The notes beneath the pieces are model-generated. The model had not been told where the DNA came from, searched no databases, and saw only the letters and a list, made by a program, of their open reading frames with translations. This document shows, piece by piece, positions 19,803-30,628 of a DNA stretch of 64,000 nucleotides; position 1 is the stretch's first letter; every line of letters begins with the position of its first letter. Location of the stretch: the NCBI GenBank assembly GCA_034440075.1, contig JAWXBL010000005.1, positions 34,678 through 98,677 on the forward strand. Reading direction: 5' to 3'. A program made the position numbers and the translations under genes. Source of the stretch: Cytophagales bacterium. GTDB taxonomy: Bacteria; Bacteroidota; Bacteroidia; Cytophagales; Cyclobacteriaceae.

Positions 19803-20540
19803 TTACTTTCCGCCGTTGGCTTTCAAGTCGGCAATGCATTGACTGTCCAGGCCGGGAGCTTCGCTCAACCCGATGAGGTTGCTCACAATGTCCCCGGTTT
19901 CAGCTGCCCAGAACATCAGACAGGTATCTACATCACAGTGACGTCCGTGGACGACATCCTGGTGATTCGTTTGAGGGGTTGTGCCGGCATTCACCAGACC
20001 CATAATATGTCCGAACTCGTGGTTTAAAACCGTGGTCTCCAGGATCGCGCGGCTCGGTTGGCCTACGCCGCCAGAAATGGAATTGATCTTTTTCCCGAAG
20101 AGGGCTACCGAAGTGGTTTTGTATGCCACTCCCAACACGTTGCTGTTGTCGGCATAGTCGCCATCGGCCACAAAGGCAAAAACCGTCAATTCCGTTGCGG
20201 TATTAAACAAGGTGCGCTTGTCCGATTCCACTTGTTGAATATCAGCGACCGAATAGGGTGCCAGTCCCGGTGAGCTGATTTTGGTTTTTACCACCGTAAT
20301 ACCTCCCGGTTTGTTCAGACGCGCTTGCAGAAAGGCGGTCACGTTATTGATTGCGGTGGTGGTAGGTTCGAATCCGTCTACATAAACCAGGTCAATTCGG
20401 AGGGAGGTGAACTTCGTGCTCGCCAGCAGGTCGTTGGAGGAAGCGCCCACCTCTTTAGCTTGGTAAACCAACTCTTCCGTCTTGGTGCAGGAAAAGGTAA
20501 CCAGTACGACCACACATAAACTAACAAAGGCTTTCATCAT
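19803..20540 (-). CDS. Zinc metallopeptidase lipoprotein
   Basis: Lipobox (TFSC) and HEFGH (HExxH) followed by GL. Start moved to MMKAF. Confidence 0.75.
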   Translation of the reverse strand: MMKAFVSLCVVVLVTFSCTKTEELVYQAKEVGASSNDLLASTKFTSLRIDLVYVDGFEPTTTAINNVTAFLQARLNKPGGITVVKTKISSPGLAPYSVADIQQVESDKRTLFNTATELTVFAFVADGDYADNSNVLGVAYKTTSVALFGKKINSISGGVGQPSRAILETTVLNHEFGHIMGLVNAGTTPQTNHQDVVHGRHCDVDTCLMFWAAETGDIVSNLIGLSEAPGLDSQCIADLKANGGK

Positions 20541-20701
20541 ATGCTTAATATAACAATTTGGGTTAAAAGATTTAACTGTACTGTAGGTTAATACCACAAA
20601 CGGCTGAAAAGTAAATGGGTTGCACCGGCTCAGAATGGGGTTCCAACAACCCAGATCGAGCACGTCTTGTTAGGCGCCATTGATCAGAACAAGGTTAGCA
20701 G

Positions 20702-21664
20702 CTATTTCTTCAGAATGAAATCCCTGGTTATTGTGATTAGTATATCCGCGAGCGGAAGTGTAGGGTTTCCATACGTTGCGATGTTTGCCTGGCGATCCCC
20801 GGGCACATTCTTTAGAATATGATTCATTCCCTCGAGGAGCACAAGTTTGGCCGCGGGGTTTGCAGCTGATAGTCGTTCCGCATCGGCGGTTGATACCTGG
20901 ATATCGTTGGTGCCCTGGAGGATCAACACGGGAATGGAGAGTTTTTTGATCTCCACCTGCGGGTCGTAGCGGAACCAGGAGATCATATATGGCTGGACGC
21001 TGGGTCTGAAAATTGAATTCAGCATGGGATTCACCTTGTTTACCAGGTGGCCATTTGCCAGGCTGTCGAGGATGGGGAAGGCAATATCCTGAACCCCCTG
21101 GGGCTGGGCACTCAATTGCTCTTTAAGAATCTTGTCAGCAGACTGACCGGCTCCGGCAATGGAGATGAATTTGTCCGCGTTGCCTGCAGCGATCATGCCA
21201 ATGAGGGAACCTTCGCTATGACCGATGACAATTACTTTTGAAAACCGCTTGTCTTGTTTTAGTAGTTGGATCCAGTCTTTCGCGTCATTAACGTAATCAT
21301 TGAACCGCAGGTCTGCTTCACTCTTGGCTGCGGCCTTGCTCTCACCGATGCCCCGCTTGTCATACCGCAACGTAGCAATACCGTTCCGGCCCAATTCCAT
21401 CGCCAACATCTTCAGGGAATTGTTTTTCATCATCGGATTATTGCCGTCGCGGTCGGTGGGACCGGAACCGGCAATAATCAGGACGACTGGAATTTTCCTG
21501 AATTGAGCGGGGGTGAGCAAGGTGCCTGCGATGGTGCCCGTATTCGTTTGCAGCGCAAGCGGGGAGGACACGAGCGTCGTGTCGCTGCAGATAAATGCCT
21601 GGCAGCAGAGCGCCACTAGTATAAAACCTGATAGAAGGACTACTTTTTTTATGAATGAATTCAT
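20702..21664 (-). CDS. Secreted alpha/beta hydrolase
   Basis: IAGSGPTDRDGN, GHSEG nucleophile elbow, GTNDIQV and MNH. Confidence 0.88.
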   Translation of the reverse strand: MNSFIKKVVLLSGFILVALCCQAFICSDTTLVSSPLALQTNTGTIAGTLLTPAQFRKIPVVLIIAGSGPTDRDGNNPMMKNNSLKMLAMELGRNGIATLRYDKRGIGESKAAAKSEADLRFNDYVNDAKDWIQLLKQDKRFSKVIVIGHSEGSLIGMIAAGNADKFISIAGAGQSADKILKEQLSAQPQGVQDIAFPILDSLANGHLVNKVNPMLNSIFRPSVQPYMISWFRYDPQVEIKKLSIPVLILQGTNDIQVSTADAERLSAANPAAKLVLLEGMNHILKNVPGDRQANIATYGNPTLPLADILITITRDFILKK

Positions 21665-21751
21665 TGGTATGTACATGAGAATGCCTTCGGGGCACAAAAG
21701 TAGGCTAATCATCCCGCATTAATATCCTTCATTTTCTATTCTTTTAAGTTT

Positions 21752-21787
21752 GGTCCAACGAAAGTCGCGTAGCCCTTGCTAGCGGTA
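21752..21787 (-). repeat. Degenerate short attC-like site downstream of the isochorismatase gene
   Basis: Minus strand reads TACCGCTAGC...GTTGGACC shortly after the stop codon. Confidence 0.35.
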
Positions 21788-21807
21788 CACTTTTCTGTCC
21801 TGCATTG

Positions 21808-22677
21808 TTATTTGTTGCGCTTTTGTTCCCTCACAGTTGGGGTAAGTTGAACCGCCTGAATAAAATCAATTGAGTTTGACACCCATCCAAATAGAGTTTG
21901 AATAGTTAAAAGTGAAGCTTGGTGATTACTTCGTGGAAAATTATTTCCAATCGGCTCAGCTGTACAATCTTCCAGAACTATTGGCAAGTAGTCCCTGAAC
22001 ATAGCGTCCCTTACGGTTGATTCTACACATATACTCGTTGTACATCCAGTAATTATAAGATACTTTTTGTTTAGTTGTTTTAGTGTTGAATCTAGATTTG
22101 TTTTATAAAAACCACTAAAGCGGGTTTTATAAATTACGATATCTCCTGGTTGCGGCTTAAGTTCAGGAATGATTTCAGTACCCCATGAGTCACGGATCAG
22201 GATGCGGCTTTCCGAGCCATCGGGAGCATTAATTGTATCTCCTACATGCATAAAATCTAGATGCCTTACACGGTTTACAGATTCTATACTTCCAATATCA
22301 GAAAGGTTATCACGAAAAGCCATCCTAAGATAAATTATTTCAATACCCGCTTGTCGGGCTGCTGCTATAACATTTGCAGTTGGGGTGACTACTTTTTGTA
22401 TCATTGAAATGTCGATGCCAGCTCTGTCAAACATACCACCCTTGGCACCAAAGTCATTCTCCATGTCTACAACAATAACGGCTGTACTTGAGGCATCAAT
22501 AGAAATTGAGTCAGGCTTAGCTTTTAAATGAATATTCTTTGAAGCATTGTTTTTAACCGCTGATAGTTTGCTGAAAGCAGTTGAATCAGTAATACTATTT
22601 TCTCTTTTTTCAGCATTGTATTTACAAGATGCAAAGAGCAACACCGTAATCAAAGTCTTATAAATGTACTTTTTCAT
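21808..22677 (-). CDS. Cysteine hydrolase (isochorismatase/RutB-like) with lipoprotein signal; cassette-like
   Basis: VVDMENDF, KTRFSGFY and TGCTTSICVESTVRDA; AT-rich. Confidence 0.88.
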   Translation of the reverse strand: MKKYIYKTLITVLLFASCKYNAEKRENSITDSTAFSKLSAVKNNASKNIHLKAKPDSISIDASSTAVIVVDMENDFGAKGGMFDRAGIDISMIQKVVTPTANVIAAARQAGIEIIYLRMAFRDNLSDIGSIESVNRVRHLDFMHVGDTINAPDGSESRILIRDSWGTEIIPELKPQPGDIVIYKTRFSGFYKTNLDSTLKQLNKKYLIITGCTTSICVESTVRDAMFRDYLPIVLEDCTAEPIGNNFPRSNHQASLLTIQTLFGWVSNSIDFIQAVQLTPTVREQKRNK

Positions 22678-22726
22678 TTTGCCTTTTTTAATAACTATTA
22701 AAAAGAGAGAAGTTGTCTATTGGGGT

Positions 22727-22895
22727 TACCGCCAACGTCGGTGTGTGGGTAGTGGGAGGGCTTGCTAAATCCGCGAGGCGGATGGCAAGACCGACTATTC
22801 CGCAAGTTCCACGAACTTGCTTGCATTACGAAGATAACTATTTACTTTAACTGTCTATCACCAGCATGGCAGATATACTTGTGTGCTGGGCGGTT
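22727..22895 (-). repeat. attC-like long repeat, copy 1 (degenerate right arm)
   Basis: Begins taccgccaac. Shares the core gggagggcttgctaaatc...ggcaagaccgacta..c.gcaagttccacgaac...gaagataactattta with 38345-38514 and 40019-40195. Confidence 0.75.
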
Positions 22896-22960
22896 TCTGT
22901 CGACTAACTCACTCTTGTCACATCAAGAACACCATTTACTTTCAGGTGTTTGTACGATAT

Positions 22961-24241
22961 TCATTCATGTGTCAGCTTACCCCCTGAAGAATGAGGATCA
23001 CCTCTCCACCACAGCGGCGCTCCTGTCCACGTCAGGAGTACAAGTGTAAGCGTGTAAATAAAAAACGGTGAGTCCAGTATGTACATTTGGAGACTGTTGT
23101 TGCCTTCCGTGAGGGTAATCATTACCACAAGCCCGATCATGGCTGACTTGTTGCCTTGCCTGACAGGACCGTGCAAGAGCACCCAGGCTCCGATTCCAAC
23201 AGCCATTAATGTTGTGCCGAGTGCCCTCAGGAGTGCAAAATCCAGTCTCATCAAATTGCGGGATACCTCCTCTGCTCCCAGTTGCAAATACTTGATGTGA
23301 GCATTGGGCAGGGACGTGCTGCTGAATGTAAAAATCAAAAGCATCAGGCCGTCACAGAATACTGCAATTGCGACAATTTGCAATATCGTGTATCCCATTT
23401 TCCGGACAGGCATTCTCGCCACAATGGCCACGATCGCGATAAGGAATGCTGGCAATATTAGTTTGTGAATGGGGTATTGTTCCTGGTTCGAAAGATTGAT
23501 CATCTTCACAAAATTCGAGATGTAGTAACCGGCAATCAGCGCAAAGCCCACCACAAAAAAAATAAACTTGTAGTTGAGGCGGGAAAGAAAATTAGGCAAC
23601 TGTTCTGGGCGGGGAGTTGGTTTTGGGACTATGACCGGATTCTCAAAATTCTTCAGGCCCATCAGGATCTCCTTCACTCCATTGGCAACTTTATTGATCT
23701 GATCGCGATAGAAAGTCTTGTTGAGATTCTTCTCCGGATTATCGGATGGGGTGAGAGGGCGGTTTACTCCTGCCGTCCTGTAAATAAACTCGATTGACCG
23801 CAAGGCTCCCTCCAACTCATTTTCGAGAAGAACCAGATCTCCTGCATCCAGGTCATGAATCTTTATGGGTAAAATTCTACTCACCACATTTCCGCTATCC
23901 ACCCGTATGTCTCTGCCAAACTTATCTTCTTTTGACATTTTATTAAACATCAGAAATTCGTTTTCCCAGGCAAAACTCTTGCTATCACAATACGTCTGAG
24001 AGATGATGGGAATAAGGATAAGGCACTTTAATTTTCCCTCGAGGCTTTTGGCAACATGATGCGTTTCGAGCAAGCCATCGTGAGGATTCGTGTCGAAGTA
24101 AACAGAGACAGGTTCTTTGATAGTGGCTGCCAATTCCTCTTGTAAGGCTTTTACAAACTCCGTTACCCAGCCACTTCTATTATCGTTGTGACGGTAGGAG
24201 ATGAAGATGTCGCACTCGTATCCTTGAATTATTGAAGGCAT
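22961..24241 (-). CDS. TIR-domain protein fused to a multi-pass membrane domain
   Basis: DIFISYRH, LIPIISQTYC and AWENEF (candidate catalytic Glu); about five hydrophobic segments in the C-terminal half. Confidence 0.8.
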   Translation of the reverse strand: MPSIIQGYECDIFISYRHNDNRSGWVTEFVKALQEELAATIKEPVSVYFDTNPHDGLLETHHVAKSLEGKLKCLILIPIISQTYCDSKSFAWENEFLMFNKMSKEDKFGRDIRVDSGNVVSRILPIKIHDLDAGDLVLLENELEGALRSIEFIYRTAGVNRPLTPSDNPEKNLNKTFYRDQINKVANGVKEILMGLKNFENPVIVPKPTPRPEQLPNFLSRLNYKFIFFVVGFALIAGYYISNFVKMINLSNQEQYPIHKLILPAFLIAIVAIVARMPVRKMGYTILQIVAIAVFCDGLMLLIFTFSSTSLPNAHIKYLQLGAEEVSRNLMRLDFALLRALGTTLMAVGIGAWVLLHGPVRQGNKSAMIGLVVMITLTEGNNSLQMYILDSPFFIYTLTLVLLTWTGAPLWWRGDPHSSGGKLTHE

Positions 24242-24274
24242 TATTCAAAGATAGGAAATCACTGTCAAGAAAAG

Positions 24275-24289
24275 CATCCCGAAGGGATG
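24275..24289. repeat. Short REP-like palindrome next to the RAYT fragment
   Basis: catccc-gaa-gggatg hairpin. Confidence 0.35.
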
Positions 24290-24365
24290 GCACGTTTATA
24301 GAACCTCGTTGCTGTTGGTCGCCTGACCAACAACCCATCAATTCTCGTCCTCCATTCTCTTCTCA

Positions 24366-24635
24366 TTGCCATCCTCACCCGCTCACGCGTATTTTTTCTA
24401 TCCTTATCTTCATGAAGTGGAATATGCACGGCACCCGGTACAATTTTTCACGGCAGTCTGTTGTGACTGGCAAAATTTGCTGGCTGGCGATGATTATAAA
24501 CAACTCGTAATTGAGGCGCTAAAATTCAGAGTTAACCGAGGGGAGGTGAAAATTGGTGCGTATGTAATCATGCCAAATCACAGCCAATGTTTGATTGTGA
24601 ACGAGACTAACAGATTTGGCGACTCGTTTCGATGA
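24366..24635 (+). pseudogene. REP-associated tyrosine transposase (RAYT/Y1 HUH) fragment
   Basis: QFFTAVCCDWQNLL...AYVIMPNH; similarity ends at the first His of the HUH motif. Confidence 0.75.
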
Positions 24636-24886
24636 AGCCGTAACAATCCTAATGGATACTTCTTTTAAAAAATGGATAATATCTGTTCTTGGTGCCCTTG
24701 TAGTATTCTACATTAATAGTCAAATAGTAAGACCGAGAATCAACGTTTTATGGGACGATTTTGCAATTGGCCATTAGGGTATTTTCTACTTAAAGACATT
24801 TTTTTAATTCTGGAATAAGGTATTTTTAATACTGATGTGGGCATTTTTTAGTAAAGTATTGAGCCAACTTGCAAGAATTCTAATAA

Positions 24887-26068
24887 ATGACTGCTAATTA
24901 TTCTTTAGATAGTTTCATCGTAATCGGCACCAACTTTACGAAGGCCGATACCCAAATCAGAAGTTGCTTTGCCCTCGGTGCCCCAGCCATCAAAAAAGTA
25001 TATGCTAGTGCCAAATCCAAAGGGGTAGGAGATATTTTTGTATTGTCAACCTGCAATCGAACGGAATTCTATGCCTGTGCATCTGAGAGTACCTTACAGG
25101 AATTACTAATTCACCAGCTTAATTTGAACGAATCTGACTTTAATACCTACTTCTATACGCTTACAGGCGAAAATGCGCTTCGCCATTTTTTCCGTGTTAC
25201 CACGGGGTTAGACTCTCAGATTATCGGTGAATATGAAATTGTAGGTCAGGTAAAAAAAGCCATTCAACTGGCAAGAGAGAATAACGTGATTGGAACATTG
25301 ACCGACCGGATTTCCAGTGTCGCTTTCCAGGCTTCGAAGGAAGTAAAGTCAAAGACTAATCTCAGCAGTGGCAAATACTCGGTGAGCTACGCAGCTGCGG
25401 AATTAATTTCTGAAGAATCATTTGGCATCGATCCAAAACGAATTTTGATTGTTGGAACAGGTGAACTCGGCAAGGCGATTGCGCGAAACCTTAAAGAGTA
25501 TTTCCCTACCTGTGAATTAACTTTTACCAATCGCACGCGGACCCAGGCCGAAGAACTGGCCGCAGAAGTTGGCGCAGCAATCTTGCCGTTCGAAAGTTTC
25601 ACTGATCATCTTTCTTCCTTTGATGCCGTCATTGCCGCGGCTCAATCGGATCACTATGTTATTCAGCCGGTTCATACGGTTGCCATTCCTTCCGCTATAT
25701 TCTTAGACTTAAGCATTCCTCAGATTATTGATCCTAAGGTAAAGCATAAAACGGGAATCAAGCTTTTTTCGGTGGATGAGATTTCTGCTTTTCATAATGA
25801 ACTGATAAAGCAGCGCTACTTAGAAGTACCAAAAGCGCAAGCCATTCTGGAAGATCATATCCAAAAACTGATGGAGTGGCAGAGTATATTTGTCCATCGA
25901 AATATAATTCGTATTTATAAAGAAAGAGTGTCCGATTATGTTTCTACAGATGCGGTTCAAACCAAAAGTATTGACAAAGGTTTCTCTAGACTTATCCAGG
26001 AAATTAAATCCGAAGGATATCGAGGCTGCTCTGTCATTCAAACCATGAATGAAATAATTGCCGGTTAA
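24887..26068 (+). CDS. hemA: Glutamyl-tRNA reductase
   Basis: LSTCNRTE catalytic Cys, GLDSQIIGEYEIVGQVK and VGTGELG. Confidence 0.95.
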   Translation: MTANYSLDSFIVIGTNFTKADTQIRSCFALGAPAIKKVYASAKSKGVGDIFVLSTCNRTEFYACASESTLQELLIHQLNLNESDFNTYFYTLTGENALRHFFRVTTGLDSQIIGEYEIVGQVKKAIQLARENNVIGTLTDRISSVAFQASKEVKSKTNLSSGKYSVSYAAAELISEESFGIDPKRILIVGTGELGKAIARNLKEYFPTCELTFTNRTRTQAEELAAEVGAAILPFESFTDHLSSFDAVIAAAQSDHYVIQPVHTVAIPSAIFLDLSIPQIIDPKVKHKTGIKLFSVDEISAFHNELIKQRYLEVPKAQAILEDHIQKLMEWQSIFVHRNIIRIYKERVSDYVSTDAVQTKSIDKGFSRLIQEIKSEGYRGCSVIQTMNEIIAG

Positions 26069-26074
26069 GAAGTA

Positions 26075-26992
26075 ATGAGTCGCCAGCATCCCATTCGCAT
26101 CGGCACCCGCGAGAGTGCTTTAGCCTTGTATCAGGCACAGGAAGTACAGCAAGCGTTAGATGCCAAGGGGTTAGCTACAGAAATTGTTGAGATTACTTCC
26201 GATGGTGATCTAGACTTACATACTCCGTTATACGAAATGGGTATTCAAGGAATCTTCACGAAGTCACTCGATAGTGCGCTACTTCAAAATAGTATTGACA
26301 TCGCAGTTCATTCCGCAAAAGACATTCCTACCAAACTGGCAATAGGTTTGACGATCAGCGCCATGCTGAAGCGCGGTACGATTGAGGATTGTTTGGTGTT
26401 GCCTGCAGCAAAAGGAGATTTCAATCCGGCTATGGCTATTAAAATAGCTTCCAGTAGTTTACGAAGAAGATCGCAGTGGTTGCATCGATATCCGCATCAT
26501 ACGATGGAGAATTTGCGAGGCAACATTCAAACTCGACTAAAAAAATTAGATGGCTCCGATTGGGGTGGTGCCATTTTCGCGCAGACAGCATTAGAGCGAT
26601 TACAAATTTCTTTGCAGCATGTCATCACGCTCGATTGGATGCTACCGGCACCGGCACAAGGAGCGATGGCGATTGTATGCAGAGCCGATGATCAGCCGAT
26701 GTTGGAGGTTTGTGCCACCATTCATCATCTCGAAACTGGAATTTGCGTGAATGCCGAGCGGGATTTTTTAGCTGCTCTTCATGGAGGATGCGCTGTGCCC
26801 ATTGCAGCCAGCGCTAACATTCAAAAAGATCAACTTTTATTTAGGGGAAATATATTTAGCCTGGATGGCAAACAAAAGTGTGAGTTGGAAAGAAGCTTTT
26901 CATTAGAGCAAGCTTCACATGCGGGCACGATGGCAGCAAAAGAAATTCTGTGCAATGGAGGCCAATCGATTCTCAAAACATTTAGAAGCTAA
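26075..26992 (+). CDS. hemC: Hydroxymethylbilane synthase
   Basis: IGTRESALAL, DIAVHSAKD, SSSLRR, RGNIQTRL and GGCAVPI. Confidence 0.96.
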   Translation: MSRQHPIRIGTRESALALYQAQEVQQALDAKGLATEIVEITSDGDLDLHTPLYEMGIQGIFTKSLDSALLQNSIDIAVHSAKDIPTKLAIGLTISAMLKRGTIEDCLVLPAAKGDFNPAMAIKIASSSLRRRSQWLHRYPHHTMENLRGNIQTRLKKLDGSDWGGAIFAQTALERLQISLQHVITLDWMLPAPAQGAMAIVCRADDQPMLEVCATIHHLETGICVNAERDFLAALHGGCAVPIAASANIQKDQLLFRGNIFSLDGKQKCELERSFSLEQASHAGTMAAKEILCNGGQSILKTFRS

Positions 26993-27690
26993 TGGAAGGG
27001 CAAACTCATCTGGTATCTACAAAAATACTGGCACCTGAATTAGTAGAGCAAGTCAAAAAAGCAGGCCTTTCCATTTCATTGCACAATTTTATTCAATCCA
27101 TTATTCGAATTCCAGCCCAGCTGGCAATGAATCAACTTCACAAACATATTGTGCTCACCAGTAAATCAGCCGTAAAGTCATGGTTGGCAATAGCCCAACA
27201 ACATAGTGTCCCTCTAACCGATCATCTTATTTTTTGTACCGATCAGGGCACCCGGCAAGAAGCTTTGGCGAACGATTTGACGATTGTGGGCACGGCTCGT
27301 GACGCCTCCACGTTGGCAGATGTTATTGAATCGAACGGCCAGATAAAGGCAGTAACATTTGTTTGTAGTAATGTTCGCAGAGATGATTTACCATCAAAAC
27401 TTACCGCGAAGGGGATTTCTGTAATTGAATTAATAGGCTACGATACAGAACCAACTCCCACAAAGATAAACGAACCTTACCACGGTGTTTTGTTTTTTAG
27501 CCCGAGTGGTGTTGATAGTTTTCTTTCATCAAATCAAATAGCTCCGGTATGCTTTTGCATTGGCACTACCACAGCAGTACATGCTGCACAAAAAGGATTT
27601 AGTGAAATTCAAATTGCTGAATTAGCAACTACTGAATCTATGATTAAAAAAGTTGTTTGTTATTATACAAAAGATGCCGTTTATGATTAA
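26992..27690 (+). CDS. hemD: Uroporphyrinogen-III synthase
   Basis: LTSKSAV, FFSPSGV and CIGTTTA; position in the operon. Confidence 0.88.
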   Translation: MEGQTHLVSTKILAPELVEQVKKAGLSISLHNFIQSIIRIPAQLAMNQLHKHIVLTSKSAVKSWLAIAQQHSVPLTDHLIFCTDQGTRQEALANDLTIVGTARDASTLADVIESNGQIKAVTFVCSNVRRDDLPSKLTAKGISVIELIGYDTEPTPTKINEPYHGVLFFSPSGVDSFLSSNQIAPVCFCIGTTTAVHAAQKGFSEIQIAELATTESMIKKVVCYYTKDAVYD

Positions 27691-28708
27691 AAACGATTTG
27701 CTTTTCAAAGCACTGCGAAAAGAAAAAGTAACGCGTCCACCCGTGTGGATGATGCGTCAGGCAGGTCGATATTTGCCGCAATATATTGAGCTTCGTAAGA
27801 AGTATGATTTTTTCACCCGTGTGCAAACACCCGAGCTGGCTTGTGAAATCACGCTGCAGCCGGTAAACATTATTGGTGTGGATGCGGCCATTATTTTTTC
27901 AGATATTCTGGTTATTCCACAGGCAATGGGTATGGAAGTATTGATGGAAGAAGGAAAAGGCCCATTATTACCAAAAGTGATTGCGTCTAAACGTGATATT
28001 GAGCAACTTAATATAGAGGTAGAAAGCGAGCTGCAATATATGTTTGATTCACTGGCCTTGACAAAAAAAGAATTGAATGGTCGGGTTCCTTTGATTGGTT
28101 TTGCAGGAGCACCCTTCACATTGCTTTGTTACATGGTGGAAGGTAAGGGTGTCAAAGGGTTTGAAAAAGCAAAAGCATTTTGTTTTACACAACCAGCATT
28201 GGCCCATCGCCTACTGAGCAAGATTACAGAAGCAACTATTGTTTATCTGAAAGCTCAACTTAGAGCCGGAGCCGATGTTGTTCAGGTGTTTGATAGCTGG
28301 AGTGGTATGCTAAGCCCGGATGATTTCGATCGGTTTGCCGGAAAATATTTACTCCAAATTGCGGAGGCGGTGGCTCCGCATGGCCCAGTCATTTTATTTC
28401 CAAAAGGAAGTGCCTATGCATTAGAATCTATTTCTAAAAATCAGTCTGTGTCGGCTGTTGGAATTGATTGGAACATACGACCAGAGAAGGCGAGGCAAGA
28501 ATCTGGCGGGCGGATGACACTGCAGGGAAATTTTGATCCCATCCGTTTGCTCATTCCAATTCCGGAATTGAAAAAAGAAGTTCATACTATGATTAAAGCT
28601 TTTGGTACCCAGGCTTACATCGCGAACCTGGGTCATGGTATTGTGCCACACATTCCGGTTGATCATGCCAAAGCATTTGTGGATGCCGTTAAAGAATATC
28701 AGGAATGA
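27683..28708 (+). CDS. hemE: Uroporphyrinogen decarboxylase
   Basis: [19 protein letters not shown] and NLGHG. Start moved to MIKND. Confidence 0.96.
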   Translation: MIKNDLLFKALRKEKVTRPPVWMMRQAGRYLPQYIELRKKYDFFTRVQTPELACEITLQPVNIIGVDAAIIFSDILVIPQAMGMEVLMEEGKGPLLPKVIASKRDIEQLNIEVESELQYMFDSLALTKKELNGRVPLIGFAGAPFTLLCYMVEGKGVKGFEKAKAFCFTQPALAHRLLSKITEATIVYLKAQLRAGADVVQVFDSWSGMLSPDDFDRFAGKYLLQIAEAVAPHGPVILFPKGSAYALESISKNQSVSAVGIDWNIRPEKARQESGGRMTLQGNFDPIRLLIPIPELKKEVHTMIKAFGTQAYIANLGHGIVPHIPVDHAKAFVDAVKEYQE

Positions 28709-29622
28709 ACACGGTTATCCGCGATCAATTTGTAAAGCACATCAAGTCGTTACAGTCTGATATTTGTACTGCACTCGAAAATGTTGATGGCAAAGCAAAA
28801 TTCATTATGGATGAATGGGAAAGACCCGGTGGTGGAGGAGGAACAAGCCGTATGATTAGCAATGGAGCTGTTTTTGAAAAGGGAGGTGTTAATATTTCTA
28901 TTGTTCAGGGTATGCTACCACCATTAGTAGCCCAACAATTGAAAGTTGACGGCAGTTTATTTTTTGCTGCTGGTTTATCGTTAGTCATCCATCCCATCAA
29001 TCCTAAAGTGCCTACGGTGCATGCCAACTGGCGCTACTTCGAAGTGTATGATGACCAAGGCAATGTAAAGGATTCGTGGTTCGGTGGAGGAACGGATCTT
29101 ACTCCATATTATCTTGTAGAAGATGATGCCATACATTTTCATGCTGTTCAAAAGAAAAGCTGCGATGCGTTTGATGAGAAGCTATATTCTCAGTTCAAAC
29201 GCCAATGCGACAATTACTTTGTCAATCATCATCGTGACGGTGAGCGCAGAGGTGTGGGCGGGATTTTCTTTGACCACTGCCGTGGAAATGAAGAGCATTC
29301 GAGTGAATTCTGGAAAAAGTTTACACAGGAGAATGGCAAAATGTTTTTGGAGGGCTATTTACCAATTGTGAAAAGGCGGATGAATGATTCTTTCAGCGAA
29401 GAGAATAAATACTGGCAGGAGATCCGCAGAGGTCGTTATGTTGAATTCAATTTGCTACACGATCGCGGCACTTTATTTGGTATTAAAACAAATGGACGCA
29501 CGGAAAGCATTTTAATGAGTCTTCCTCCGACCGTAAGATTTGAGTATAACTATCAACCTCAAGCTGGAAGTAAAGAGGAGAAATTATTGAGTGTCCTTAA
29601 AAATCCAGTCAACTGGATATAA
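28705..29622 (+). CDS. hemF: Oxygen-dependent coproporphyrinogen III oxidase
   Basis: [33 protein letters not shown] and [10 protein letters not shown]. Confidence 0.96.
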   Translation: MNTVIRDQFVKHIKSLQSDICTALENVDGKAKFIMDEWERPGGGGGTSRMISNGAVFEKGGVNISIVQGMLPPLVAQQLKVDGSLFFAAGLSLVIHPINPKVPTVHANWRYFEVYDDQGNVKDSWFGGGTDLTPYYLVEDDAIHFHAVQKKSCDAFDEKLYSQFKRQCDNYFVNHHRDGERRGVGGIFFDHCRGNEEHSSEFWKKFTQENGKMFLEGYLPIVKRRMNDSFSEENKYWQEIRRGRYVEFNLLHDRGTLFGIKTNGRTESILMSLPPTVRFEYNYQPQAGSKEEKLLSVLKNPVNWI

Positions 29623-29656
29623 TCAAACAATTATTAAATGTCACCCCACAACTAAA

Positions 29657-30628
29657 ATGAAGAGACGTAACCGAATATTGCGACAGAATGTGGCCATTAG
29701 AAGTATGGTGCAAGAAACGGTGTTGAAACCATCGGATTTTATTGTGCCAGTTTTTATCACGGAAGGTGAAAAAGTGAAAGATGAAATTTCATCGCTGTCC
29801 GGATATTACCGCTTTTCGATTGACATGGCGGTGGAGGAGTTAAAGGAATGTTGGGCATTAGGAATCAAGAGTGCTTTGATTTTTGTGAAAGTGCCTGATG
29901 AATTGAAAGACAACGCCGGTAAAGAAGCGCTGAATGATGATGGATTGATGCAACGGAGTGTCCGTGCGATAAAGAAAGCATTGCCAGAAATGATAGTGAT
30001 GACCGATGTTGCGCTTGATCCATTCTCAAGCTACGGCCATGATGGAATTGTGGAAGGTCACGAGATTGTCAATGACCGAACAGTGGAGATATTGGCTAAG
30101 ATGAGCATTAGCCATGCCAAGGCTGGTGCCGATTTTGTTGCACCGAGTGACATGATGGATGGCCGCATTGGTGCGATCCGTCAGGCATTGGAGCACGCTG
30201 GATTTCATAACACGGGAATCATGAGCTATGCGGCAAAGTATGCTTCGTCTTTTTATGGTCCCTTTCGCGATGCGTTGGGTAGCGCTCCAGGTTTTGGAGA
30301 TAAGAGTACATATCAAATGAATCCTGCGAACAGACTTGAAGCGATCAAAGAAGTGCTTATGGATGTGGAAGAAGGAGCTGACATTATAATGGTAAAACCA
30401 GCGCATGCCTATTTGGATATTATTCGTGAAGTAAAAAACGAAGTGCAGCTTCCCGTCAGTGCTTATCACGTGAGTGGTGAATACGCTATGATCAAAGCTG
30501 CAGCTAAGGCCGGTTATTTAAATGAAGATCGGGCAATTATCGAAGTGCTTACAGGAATCAAAAGAGCCGGTGCCGATTTGATTGCGACATATTTTGCCAA
30601 GCAAGCAACTAAATTAATTACGAAGTAA
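29657..30628 (+). CDS. hemB: Porphobilinogen synthase
   Basis: DVALDPFSSYGHDG, APSDMMDGR and MVKPA. Start moved to MKRRNR. Confidence 0.96.
   Translation: MKRRNRILRQNVAIRSMVQETVLKPSDFIVPVFITEGEKVKDEISSLSGYYRFSIDMAVEELKECWALGIKSALIFVKVPDELKDNAGKEALNDDGLMQRSVRAIKKALPEMIVMTDVALDPFSSYGHDGIVEGHEIVNDRTVEILAKMSISHAKAGADFVAPSDMMDGRIGAIRQALEHAGFHNTGIMSYAAKYASSFYGPFRDALGSAPGFGDKSTYQMNPANRLEAIKEVLMDVEEGADIIMVKPAHAYLDIIREVKNEVQLPVSAYHVSGEYAMIKAAAKAGYLNEDRAIIEVLTGIKRAGADLIATYFAKQATKLITK

Noticed and set aside
20641-20701. Canonical GCCTAAC (and CTGCTAAC) on the minus strand just after the hydrolase stop, as another attC
   Set aside because: No convincing inner inverted repeat links it to the nearby GTTGG, and the gene has backbone-like GC. 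It may be an eroded site, but it is unsupported.
19803-21664. Including the metallopeptidase and hydrolase in the AT-rich island
   Set aside because: Their composition resembles the backbone and clear att-like boundaries are lacking.
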